Shown here piece by piece: positions 28,783 through 37,740 of a stretch of 64,000 nucleotides of DNA. Where the stretch lies: assembly GCA_018653365.1 (NCBI GenBank), contig JABIAG010000001.1:326951-390950 (forward strand), given 5' to 3'. How positions within the stretch are numbered: the stretch's first letter is position 1; the number at the start of each line of letters is the position of its first letter. The translations under genes and the position numbers were made by a program. The notes under the pieces are model-generated. The model did not search any database. It had not been told where the DNA came from and worked only from the letters and a program-made list of their open reading frames with translations. This DNA comes from Candidatus Woesearchaeota archaeon. Lineage in GTDB: Archaea > Nanobdellota > Nanobdellia > Woesearchaeales > JABIAG01.

Positions 28783-28977
28783 ATGGACGACGATTTTAAC
28801 CCTGAAGAAAGTGAGGAGAATGTTTACTCAGAAGAAGGACGAGAAGGCTACGTAGAAAGCGGTGAAATTTCAGCTGAAGAAGAAGCATTCATGAAAGGAT
28901 ATGAAGATGCGGAAGATGACAAAGACGATAAAGATGACAAAGAAGGCGAAGAAAATACCGACGAAGCCGAACAATAA
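28783..28977 (+). CDS. small extremely acidic protein (64 aa, D/E-rich)
   Basis: ORF with good upstream spacing. More than 45% Asp+Glu. Confidence 0.4.
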   Translation: MDDDFNPEESEENVYSEEGREGYVESGEISAEEEAFMKGYEDAEDDKDDKDDKEGEENTDEAEQ

Positions 28978-29031
28978 TTCTTTTTTGCAAATATTTATAA
29001 ATGTAGCTAGCTAATTTTTTAATGGATCAAA

Positions 29032-30690
29032 ATGGATTTTCAAAAAGAAATTAAGAAAGCACTAAAAAAAGAGATAGGAAAGGAATTAGACCTAGAAATT
29101 CCACCAAATCCTGATTTAGGAGATTATGCAATTCCCTGTTTTATTCTAGCAAAACAATATAAAAAAGATCCTTCAGAAATAGCTAAAGAACTAGCGGATA
29201 AGTTAGAAATAAAAGAGGTAAGAATAAATGCAACCGGACCTTATCTAAATTTTTTTGTTGATAAATCAACAACAGCAAAAAACGTCTTATCAGAAATATT
29301 CAAACAAGAGGATTATGGAAGTGGAAGTAAAAAGAAAGAAACAATAGTAATAGACTTTTCTGCGCCAAATGTCGCAAAACATATGGGCATACATAATTTA
29401 AGATCTACAGTTATAGGGCATGCCCTAAGTAATACTTACAAATATCTTGGATATAATGTAATTGGAGTAAATCATCTGGGAGACTGGGGAACCAATTTTG
29501 GACAATTAATTGTAGGAATAAAAAAACATTCTTCATTAAGTAAAATAAAAAACGTACAAGATTTAAACAAAATTTATGTACAATTTCATAAAGATGTAAA
29601 AAAACATCCAGAAATGGAACAACAAGCAAGAGACGAATTTGTAAATTTAGAAAATAAAAAACCAGAGGCAAAAAAGTACTGGCAAAAATTTGTTAATGTC
29701 TCTTTGAAAGACTATGATAAAATATATGATAGATTGGGCGTTAAATTTGAATCTACAAAAGGGGAATCAGAATACACAAGACTAGTTAATGGTGCAATTA
29801 AACTATTAGAACAAAAAAAACTAACCAAAATAAGTGATGGAGCACTAGTGGCAGATGTTGGAAAAGACATGCCTCCTTGTTTGCTAAAAAAAACAGACGG
29901 ATCGACTTTATACGGGTCAAGAGACATCGCAGCAGGTATGTTTCGATTAAAAAAATATTCTCCAAACAAAATTTTGTATGTTGTTGATGTAGCTCAATCA
30001 TTACATTTTAAACAATGGTTCAAGGTAATGGAAAAGTTAAACAAAAAAAATAAAACAATATTTGAACATATAGTGTTTGGAAGATTAAGTTTTAAAGATG
30101 GAACTATGTCAACAAGAAAAGGAAAAGTAGTAATCTTAGAAGATGTGTTAGATAAGGCTGCAAAAAAATCATTACAAATAATAAAAGAAAAAAATCCAAA
30201 ACTGAAAAATAAAGCCAAGGTAGCAGAAAAAGTGGGAGTTGGCGCGGTAATTTTTAGTGATTTATTTAATGATAGAATTCATAACATAACTTTTGATTGG
30301 GACAAAGTACTTGATTTTGAGGGATCAACAGGTCCGTACATTCAATACGCATATGCAAGATGTAATTCAATACTAAAAAAATATGATAAAAAAATTGATG
30401 ACAAAATAGCGTTTGAATTACTAAACGAAGATGCAGAATCAGCATTACTCAAAATGCTACAATTATTTCCAGAAGTAGTAGAAAGTGTAATCAAAGATAA
30501 CAAACCATCCTTATTAGCAAAATACTCAGTAAAACTAGCACAAACATTCAATAACTTCTATAGTGCTTGCCATGTAATCACAGAGGATGAAGAGTTAACA
30601 AAAGCAAGATCATTACTAGTTCATTGCACAAAAAAAGTTCTAGAAAAAGGATTAACTTTATTAGGAATAAGCGCACCTTCAGAGATGTGA
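29032..30690 (+). CDS. argS: arginyl-tRNA synthetase
   Basis: Class I HIGH-like SAPNVAKHMGIHNLRS. C-terminal DALR anticodon-binding domain. Confidence 0.9.
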   Translation: MDFQKEIKKALKKEIGKELDLEIPPNPDLGDYAIPCFILAKQYKKDPSEIAKELADKLEIKEVRINATGPYLNFFVDKSTTAKNVLSEIFKQEDYGSGSKKKETIVIDFSAPNVAKHMGIHNLRSTVIGHALSNTYKYLGYNVIGVNHLGDWGTNFGQLIVGIKKHSSLSKIKNVQDLNKIYVQFHKDVKKHPEMEQQARDEFVNLENKKPEAKKYWQKFVNVSLKDYDKIYDRLGVKFESTKGESEYTRLVNGAIKLLEQKKLTKISDGALVADVGKDMPPCLLKKTDGSTLYGSRDIAAGMFRLKKYSPNKILYVVDVAQSLHFKQWFKVMEKLNKKNKTIFEHIVFGRLSFKDGTMSTRKGKVVILEDVLDKAAKKSLQIIKEKNPKLKNKAKVAEKVGVGAVIFSDLFNDRIHNITFDWDKVLDFEGSTGPYIQYAYARCNSILKKYDKKIDDKIAFELLNEDAESALLKMLQLFPEVVESVIKDNKPSLLAKYSVKLAQTFNNFYSACHVITEDEELTKARSLLVHCTKKVLEKGLTLLGISAPSEM

Positions 30691-31466
30691 TAATTAAAAT
30701 TCCACTTTATGCTGGCGGCCTAGGAAAAACAAACGGGGTAGAGAAAGCTCCAGACAAAATCTTAGAAAAACTAAAAGAATTGAATTGTAATGAAGACGGA
30801 TTTAAAGCACCATTAAACGAACTCGAAATCCAAATTGATAACTCAAATATTGAAGCTAGTCAAAAAACCATTGAAGAAGAAATGAAAAAAGCCTTCACTA
30901 ATTATCCTTGTCCAATAATTATTGGGGGAGATCACTCTATTACCTATGCCACATTTAAAGCATTTAACCAAGAAAATTGTGGATTATTAATATTTGATGC
31001 ACATCCTGATTTGATGCAAGAATTTGATCCTGCAACACACGAAAATTACTTACGAAACTTAGTTCGAGATGGTTTAGATCCTTCTAACATAATCCTTGTG
31101 GGAACAAGAAATCAAGATGCAGAAGAACTGAATTTCATAGCTCAAAATAAAATAAAAAACTTTAACATGAAAAAAATAAGTTACATGGGAAAAGAAGAGG
31201 TGTGCGACGCGATTATGGAAACCTGTAATAAGTTTGATAAAGTATACCTCTCAATAGATATAGATGCAGTAGATCCATCATTCGCACCAGGAACAGGACA
31301 CTGTGAACCCGGCGGGTTAACATCACGCGAATTATTATACTTCTTACACCGATTGAAGAATTTAAAGAACATTAAGGCAATAGATTTAGTGGAGATCAAT
31401 CCAGAAAAAGAAGAACGCCTAACTATTGGATTAGGAGCTAAAATAGTTAACGAAATGATGAATTGA
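30687..31466 (+). CDS. arginase/agmatinase-family ureohydrolase
   Basis: Motifs GGDHSI, DAHPD, SIDIDAVDP. Probable GTG start at 30687, overlapping the argS stop (GTGA). Confidence 0.75.
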   Translation: MIIKIPLYAGGLGKTNGVEKAPDKILEKLKELNCNEDGFKAPLNELEIQIDNSNIEASQKTIEEEMKKAFTNYPCPIIIGGDHSITYATFKAFNQENCGLLIFDAHPDLMQEFDPATHENYLRNLVRDGLDPSNIILVGTRNQDAEELNFIAQNKIKNFNMKKISYMGKEEVCDAIMETCNKFDKVYLSIDIDAVDPSFAPGTGHCEPGGLTSRELLYFLHRLKNLKNIKAIDLVEINPEKEERLTIGLGAKIVNEMMN

Positions 31467-31505
31467 ACATAAATCTTTAAAAAAAGGTCTTTGTTACTAC
31501 TTTAA

Positions 31506-33209
31506 ATGGGGGATGAATCTTTGTCGGGAATGAACGCTTCAGTACAACAAACATATATTTCTTTAGATGAAAGAGCAGAACAAGTCTATCATAGTATTCT
31601 AGAAGGAAGTCCCGAGTTTGCATTGTGGATAACAACTCCAAAACAAATAACCTTTAATGATGAACAAAAGATGCAGATATTATTCTCAAATGCGTTAACA
31701 GCAGAAATGGCTTTGAAACGTTATGAGGAAGCATTAAGTGCAGCAGCAAGAAGAACAGGGAACTTTTCAGGAATGGATGTGCCGAGAGTTAGTAAGCTAT
31801 GTTATGATGCAATAGCACCAAAAGCTGATGAAACAGTTCCTGAGCCAAAACCTCGAAGAAAAAGTGAAATAAGTGCAGAAGGCCATTATGCTAACACCGA
31901 TTTTGAAGCGGCATTAGCAAAACTAACTGTGAGAGGTGCAATAGACCGATCAGAATACTTTCGTGGTGATTATAATGGAAGAGCATTTGCAAAGGGTATG
32001 GCCGTAATAGATAGTTTAAGATCAAAAAAAGCCATACGAAGAGCACTAAGAATCGTTGGCGATAACAGTTCAGGAAAAACAACTCTTCTAATGTACCTTG
32101 CGACCGTAGCAATAGAACATGGATTGACTCCTTTTTATTTAGATTTAGTGTACTTAGCAGATCAATATGATGCAATGGCAAAAAGTCCAACTAAGCCAAC
32201 AAAAGAAGACTGGGCAAAGGTGAATTACAGTCCACAAGCACAAGCAGCAGATCTGATCTTATTAGATGGTTGGGAAGGAATAATGAAAAAAGGGGATCCT
32301 AAAACAAATCAGGGGGCTCAAAGAAAAGCCCTTGAACTAACTAATGCAGGTTTAAGTAGAGGAAAAGGAGTTGTAATGGCATATTCCGGAGATGTGGCAA
32401 GCTGGGTTAAAATGATTGAAGGATTAAAAATTTTGGGAACCCAACAACCTGATGAACATTTTAGACATCTGTCAGCAAGAATGTCACGAGCAAGTCGCGC
32501 TGAATTACGTTATCCTTCTGTAGAAGAGAGACCTGATTTTATAAAAGATGCAATCCTTTCACTTACTGCAAGATGTAACGGACAATTAGATGAAGTTGCA
32601 GCACATTTGGACGGGATTTTAGGAAGAAATGCTGATCCTGGAACAATCATGGCAAATGTGGAAGATCTAGTGGACGAAGCAGATGATGAAGATTGTGAAA
32701 TAGACTTAGAATTTATCAAAGCAATATTGGGTGATGATCCAATCTTGGTGGAAGTCCCAGGACAAAGAGAGGATGCTATAAATGCATTAGTATTTAGAAC
32801 AGCTTTAGACGCTATAGGTTTACCAAAAAGTTATGTGACTGGGAAAGGACGAGAACCTACAAGAGTGAGAGCAAGAAATATGTTGTTAGCAGCAAGAAAA
32901 GCCTATACTGGTATGACTACTGCCGAACTAGTAGATGATTTACCAATAGGAAGAGCAACAGTAACACATAGTTTGAATAGTGTGGAAGAACAAGTGGGGG
33001 CAAATGACTTAGATGGATTCTTAACTCACATAGGTGCAACTCTTTTCGCAGCAGGATATAAAGATGTAGAACGAAAACCAATAACTCCTGGAAAAAGAGA
33101 TAAAAAACAACCAGCTACACAAACAAAACCAGTTAATGCAGGGTCTGGCGATCTTGGATTGAGTGGAAATGTTTCAGATGTTAAGGGAGGAAGTATTTTT
33201 CGTCGTTAA
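31506..33209 (+). CDS. P-loop NTPase with DnaA domain-IV-like C-terminal HTH (DnaA-like protein); composition-atypical
   Basis: Walker A GDNSSGKTTLLMY. Walker B-like LILLDGWEG. C-terminal GKGREPTRVRARNMLLAARKAYTGMTTAELVDDLPIGRATVTHSLNSVEEQ aligns with DnaA domain IV ([48 protein letters not shown]). Confidence 0.5.
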   Translation: MGDESLSGMNASVQQTYISLDERAEQVYHSILEGSPEFALWITTPKQITFNDEQKMQILFSNALTAEMALKRYEEALSAAARRTGNFSGMDVPRVSKLCYDAIAPKADETVPEPKPRRKSEISAEGHYANTDFEAALAKLTVRGAIDRSEYFRGDYNGRAFAKGMAVIDSLRSKKAIRRALRIVGDNSSGKTTLLMYLATVAIEHGLTPFYLDLVYLADQYDAMAKSPTKPTKEDWAKVNYSPQAQAADLILLDGWEGIMKKGDPKTNQGAQRKALELTNAGLSRGKGVVMAYSGDVASWVKMIEGLKILGTQQPDEHFRHLSARMSRASRAELRYPSVEERPDFIKDAILSLTARCNGQLDEVAAHLDGILGRNADPGTIMANVEDLVDEADDEDCEIDLEFIKAILGDDPILVEVPGQREDAINALVFRTALDAIGLPKSYVTGKGREPTRVRARNMLLAARKAYTGMTTAELVDDLPIGRATVTHSLNSVEEQVGANDLDGFLTHIGATLFAAGYKDVERKPITPGKRDKKQPATQTKPVNAGSGDLGLSGNVSDVKGGSIFRR

Positions 33210-33264
33210 TCAAAAAGTTTACCAATTAGTTAAATTTAAATAAATTCAATATATTTTCTAATTT

Positions 33265-34233
33265 ATGTATACGAAATATCTTTTTTTAGTGATGTTATTG
33301 CTTTGTATAAGTTTTGTTACAGCAGCTGAGAACGCCAATGTATTTCTTAGTTTGAAAGAGGCAACAACTAATATCGATATTAACAAAGTGGTTGTTTACA
33401 TAGAAGAAAATGAACAGGTCATGAATAAATATGTTCCTAAAGGAGAAATTCTAAAATTAAGTCTAGAAAATGGCGAACACCATGTTACAATCAAAGTTGA
33501 TGACCTAACAACCGAAGGAATAGACTATTTTGCTAAAACACAATTAACAGTACAAACAAGTCTGATTGAGGGAGTGTTTCTTTACTCTGTAGGTTCATTA
33601 AGAGGAATAGTAAAAGACGAACTTGATAATGTAATACCAAATGCTGAAATAAAAATCGAATGCGGTTCAGATTATGGATTAAACTTACCTACAAAAGCCG
33701 ATTCTTTTGGCACATTTAATACCGAAGTACCAATCGGGAACTGTAAGGTTTTTGCCCGGTCTGAAGAAGCAGTTAGCATGCAAGAATTTGAGGTAAGTAA
33801 GGGAGATGTGATTGATCTAGAACTAAATTTGGACAAAGTAAAAAAAGAAAAATCAAACCTGCTTGCCTGGAGTTTGATTATCTTGCTTGTAGTTATAATT
33901 GTTATCTTTCGGTGGAAACCGATTAAGAAAAAAACAAAAAAACCTGAAACGATCATTAAAAAAGAGGTAAAATTAGTAGAACGATCAAAAGATGTATACA
34001 ACACCTTAAAAGAAAAAGAAAAAGAAATAATTGACTTCATATTAGAGAGTAAGGGAAGTACAACCCAAGCAAAAATACACTATGGCACTGGAATTCCAAA
34101 AGCATCATTATTTAGATATGTACAATCATTAGAACAAAAAAATGTTATTCAAACACAAAAAATTGGAAAGGTAAAAAAAATCAGGTTTACCGACTGGTTT
34201 TTAGGTAAAAACACTTCTGAAAACGAACAATAG
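33265..34233 (+). CDS. single-pass membrane protein: signal peptide, extracellular CarboxypepD_reg-like beta domain, TM, cytoplasmic C-terminal winged-HTH (putative transmembrane transcription regulator)
   Basis: Signal peptide. TM LLAWSLIILLVVIIVIF. C-terminal segment ...QAKIHYGTGIPKASLFRYVQSLEQKNVIQTQKIGKVKKIRF, typical of wHTH. Confidence 0.5.
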   Translation: MYTKYLFLVMLLLCISFVTAAENANVFLSLKEATTNIDINKVVVYIEENEQVMNKYVPKGEILKLSLENGEHHVTIKVDDLTTEGIDYFAKTQLTVQTSLIEGVFLYSVGSLRGIVKDELDNVIPNAEIKIECGSDYGLNLPTKADSFGTFNTEVPIGNCKVFARSEEAVSMQEFEVSKGDVIDLELNLDKVKKEKSNLLAWSLIILLVVIIVIFRWKPIKKKTKKPETIIKKEVKLVERSKDVYNTLKEKEKEIIDFILESKGSTTQAKIHYGTGIPKASLFRYVQSLEQKNVIQTQKIGKVKKIRFTDWFLGKNTSENEQ

Positions 34234-34280
34234 TTCCACATCGTTCCAATCGTTCCACTCAACCTATTTATATAGTTCCA
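34233..34280 (+). promoter_or_regulatory. four direct GTTCCA(C) repeats (34233, 34243, 34252, 34275) flanking a TTTATATA TATA box; candidate operator/iteron array
   Basis: Read directly. Spacings of 10, 9 and 23 bp. The TATA box at 34266-34273 lies between repeats 3 and 4. Confidence 0.45.
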
Positions 34281-34304
34281 CCTTTCTAATTTTTATTAAA
34301 AATT

Positions 34305-36218
34305 GTGAGGTTAATCAAAATGAAAAAAATATTTGGTATAATGTTGTTGATGATGCTTGTACTCTCTATGAGCGCAATTGCAGATACAACTATAAAAGAA
34401 AAAAAATTACCTGCTTTTGTTGTAGCAATAGCGGAGGATGCACCTGCTTCAGATAGTGTATTGGGAACAAACATAGCAGTAGAACTAAAAAAAGCAGGAT
34501 ATGGAGATCTGCCTGTAAGTACATTTAAACTATTTAAAGATGTACAAAGAGGAGGCTTAGATGGCCGAGTAATCTTAGTATTGTATAAAGGTGAAGCAAA
34601 AATTATTGTTGGTTCAGATCTTGAATCCAGTGGTATATTGTTTGCTACAGACTTAGCAACAATTCTTAAATACTACTCTGTCGATGTTGGACAGATAATG
34701 TTGAGTAAAGAAACCTCTTCTGATCTTATATCTTTATTTGAAGAGGGTCACGTAGAGGATGTAATCATAACTAAAGAAACAGTTAAATGCGTATTTGAGG
34801 ATTCAAGTGAAAAACAAGAATGTTACTTGGATGAACAAAACGAAATTGGTTGCAGTGGCGAAGAAACATGCACTGTGGAATCAATTGGTGTTAAAGGAAC
34901 AAAACAAGTATGGAAAAGTACTTGTGGTGGTTATGCATATACTGTGCTTGATGGAGATAATGAATACGCAGAATTCGACTGTGGAATTTCAATTCCAGAA
35001 AAGATTGATCTAGTAATTAAAGAACTTGAGTTTGTTAGAAAAAGTGATAAATTGGCAACAATAGAATTTGATGTTGTTAATGCTGGACTAGCAGATGTTA
35101 AAGGATCTTTTGCAATGGCAGTATATATTAATGGAGAATTAACAACACATACTGCATATCATGGATATGATAATGAGTTAGATGCTGGAGAAAGTATGCA
35201 TAGATCATTAAGCAATTATTACTGGTTGAATAATGGAGAATACGAAATAACCGTTGTTGTAGATCGTTTTGAAGGGGGAGAAAAGGATAATCCTGTTTTT
35301 GATGGATTCTATGATAACATGGTTAAGGAATCTAACGAAGCAAACAATAAAGCAACAATAAGCGTGAACAATAAAATAGTTCATCATACGTTTGATCTAA
35401 CAAACTATCCTGAACTATTTATTAAAAATGGAAAGTTCAATGGATATATTGTTGTAGGAGACAATGCCCCTGCATCAGATGTGATCAGTGCAATTGATAT
35501 TGCTCAAAGCTTGCAACTTTATGATGCTGGCGAGGGCCAAATTGATGTTGGCGCAGCAAAATTAGCAAGTGAAATATCTGATCCCTATGCTATGAATGTT
35601 ATTTCTGTAGGAAATGCATGCACTAATGCTGTTTCCGCTCGATTATTGGGAGATAAAAAAATCGAAGCGATTAATCGTTGTTCTCAACACTTTCAGAAAG
35701 GAGAGAGTACAATAAGATTATTCAACAATAATGGAAACGCACAATTACTTGTGGCGGGATATGGTGAGGCAGATACAAGATATGCAGCGAAAATGTTGGT
35801 TAATTACAAAGAGTATGATCTGGAAGGAATGGAAGTTGAATTCAATACTATTTTTCCTGTTGAGGATAGTGTGGAAATCGAAATCTTAAATATTCCAGAA
35901 CCAACACTTTATCCAACAACTCCGGGAGAAGTTTCACCTTCATTACCTGTAACTGCAACATGTAATAATGGCTGTTTACTTGAAGATACTTGCTTGCCTT
36001 TCGGAACCAGATTAGTTGATAATGAGGTTGCTAAGTACTGCGCAATAACAAAAGAACTTGTTGAACAACAAGCAAAAGAAGCACAGTGTCAAAACAACTA
36101 TGAGTGTTCAACCAACCAGTGTAACGACGGAGCTTGTGGAAGTCTATCTGAAGAGTTAGAAGAAACAAGAGGTATGTTGAAACAGGTAATGAATTGGCTT
36201 TCAGGCTGGTTTAACTAA
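34305..36218 (+). CDS. secreted surface protein with CARDB-like domain and Cys-rich C-terminus
   Basis: Signal peptide. ESNEANN motif (CARDB E.NE.NN). C-terminal cluster of about 10 Cys. Confidence 0.5.
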   Translation: MRLIKMKKIFGIMLLMMLVLSMSAIADTTIKEKKLPAFVVAIAEDAPASDSVLGTNIAVELKKAGYGDLPVSTFKLFKDVQRGGLDGRVILVLYKGEAKIIVGSDLESSGILFATDLATILKYYSVDVGQIMLSKETSSDLISLFEEGHVEDVIITKETVKCVFEDSSEKQECYLDEQNEIGCSGEETCTVESIGVKGTKQVWKSTCGGYAYTVLDGDNEYAEFDCGISIPEKIDLVIKELEFVRKSDKLATIEFDVVNAGLADVKGSFAMAVYINGELTTHTAYHGYDNELDAGESMHRSLSNYYWLNNGEYEITVVVDRFEGGEKDNPVFDGFYDNMVKESNEANNKATISVNNKIVHHTFDLTNYPELFIKNGKFNGYIVVGDNAPASDVISAIDIAQSLQLYDAGEGQIDVGAAKLASEISDPYAMNVISVGNACTNAVSARLLGDKKIEAINRCSQHFQKGESTIRLFNNNGNAQLLVAGYGEADTRYAAKMLVNYKEYDLEGMEVEFNTIFPVEDSVEIEILNIPEPTLYPTTPGEVSPSLPVTATCNNGCLLEDTCLPFGTRLVDNEVAKYCAITKELVEQQAKEAQCQNNYECSTNQCNDGACGSLSEELEETRGMLKQVMNWLSGWFN

Positions 36219-36221
36219 TTT

Positions 36222-36247
36222 TTTCTTTTTTTCTTTTTTTCTTTAAG
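36222..36247 (+). terminator. oligo-T archaeal terminator (TTTTTTTCTTTTTTTCTTTTTTTCTTT)
   Basis: T-tract run immediately after the stop of the upstream CDS. Confidence 0.5.
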
Positions 36248-36313
36248 TTCTACATTTTAAGCATAAAGTTTATTGAGGAAAACTTTATAAATAGATTAAG
36301 GCTACTTTAGGGT

Positions 36314-36502
36314 ATGGGACGAATTAAAACACAACTAATAAAGCGAGTATCACATAAACTGATAGAAACCCATCCAACAAGGTTCAAAAAGACTTTTGAG
36401 GAAAACAAACAATTAGTGACAGAATCTGCAGACATAAAAAGTAAAAAACTACGAAATGTCATAACAGGATATGTTACCAGATTAGTAAAAACAAGGAGGT
36501 AA
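36314..36502 (+). CDS. rps17e: 30S ribosomal protein S17e
   Basis: MGRIKTQLIKRVSHKLIETHPTRF...SKKLRNVITGYVTRLVK matches the eS17 family. Confidence 0.85.
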   Translation: MGRIKTQLIKRVSHKLIETHPTRFKKTFEENKQLVTESADIKSKKLRNVITGYVTRLVKTRR

Positions 36503-36504
36503 AA

Positions 36505-36789
36505 ATGGCTGAGGACAACTCAATATTTATTGGGAACCGACCGTTTATGAATTACGTTACGGGAGTAGTAATGCAATTTACCACCAAGGGCGCAGAAGAA
36601 GTGATAGTGAAGGCAAGAGGTAAGTTTATTGCACGAGCTGTAGATGTATCAGAAGTGGCTGCAAAAAGATTTCTAGAAGGAAGTGTTGGAGTGAAAGATA
36701 TTAAAATTGATAGTGAAGAATTTGAAAATAAAGAAGGAAAACAAGTACGTGTTTCCACAATAGAAATCACACTAGAAAAAAATAAATAA
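36505..36789 (+). CDS. albA: DNA/RNA-binding protein Alba
   Basis: IFIGNRPFMNYVTGVVMQF...EVIVKARGKFIARAVDVSE matches the Alba (Sso10b) core. Confidence 0.85.
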   Translation: MAEDNSIFIGNRPFMNYVTGVVMQFTTKGAEEVIVKARGKFIARAVDVSEVAAKRFLEGSVGVKDIKIDSEEFENKEGKQVRVSTIEITLEKNK

Positions 36790-36857
36790 ATTATTTTTCT
36801 TTTTTAACTTTTATTACAACGATAAATTTATAAACATGTTAATGAAGAAAATGACTG

Positions 36858-37739
36858 ATGAAAAGAAGAAAGCTTCCTGTTTGGGTAATCATATTACTTG
36901 TTCTAATTATTCTCTCAGTTATTGGGTATATGATGCCCGAGCATAGTGGAAATATAGCACTAATAAAAGTTGAGGGAGTGATAACAACCCAGGGAATGAG
37001 TTCAATCTTCATGGACAGTCCATCATCAGTCAGTATAGTAGAAAAAATACAAAGTGCAGAAGATGATAGACGAATAAAAGCAATAATACTAGAAATTAAT
37101 TCTCCGGGAGGAAGCCCAGTAGGAAGTAAAGAAATTGTGGATACAATTATAAAAACAGAAAAACCAGTAATAGCATACGTTCGCGATGTTGGAGCATCAG
37201 GAGGATACTGGGTAGCATCAGCAGCAGACACGATCTTAGCATCAGAACTCTCATTAGTCGGAAGTGTGGGAGTAAACGGAGCATATCTAGAATTCTCAGG
37301 ATTACTTGATGAATATAATATTAGCTACGTACCTTTAACTTCAGGAAAATATAAAGATATCAAGAGCCCATTTAAAAATTTGGGAATGGAAGAAGAGATT
37401 AGACTAAGAGAAAAATTAGATTTAATGCATGAATATTTCATAAATTCAGTAAAAGAAAATAGGGGATTAACTGAAGAACAAGTTAATGAGATTAAAGAAG
37501 CAGATATTTATTTAGGACTACAAGCTAAAGACTTGGGCTTGATAGATGAATTTGGGGGAAGAGAGGAGGCTGTTAAATTAATCGAAGAAAAATTAGAATT
37601 AAACGCAGAAATAGAATTATTTGAAGACGAAGTAAGTTTATTAAGTTTATTTTCAAAAATAGTGGCAGAACAAAGTTTTAATTTCGGAAAAGGAATGAGT
37701 AGTAACTTATTCCAAAATGAAGGTTTAATGCTAAAATAA
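36858..37739 (+). CDS. sppA: signal peptide peptidase SppA (S49 family)
   Basis: N-terminal TM. Motifs ILEINSPGGS and VGASGGYWVASAAD. Confidence 0.75.
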   Translation: MKRRKLPVWVIILLVLIILSVIGYMMPEHSGNIALIKVEGVITTQGMSSIFMDSPSSVSIVEKIQSAEDDRRIKAIILEINSPGGSPVGSKEIVDTIIKTEKPVIAYVRDVGASGGYWVASAADTILASELSLVGSVGVNGAYLEFSGLLDEYNISYVPLTSGKYKDIKSPFKNLGMEEEIRLREKLDLMHEYFINSVKENRGLTEEQVNEIKEADIYLGLQAKDLGLIDEFGGREEAVKLIEEKLELNAEIELFEDEVSLLSLFSKIVAEQSFNFGKGMSSNLFQNEGLMLK

Positions 37740-37740
37740 A

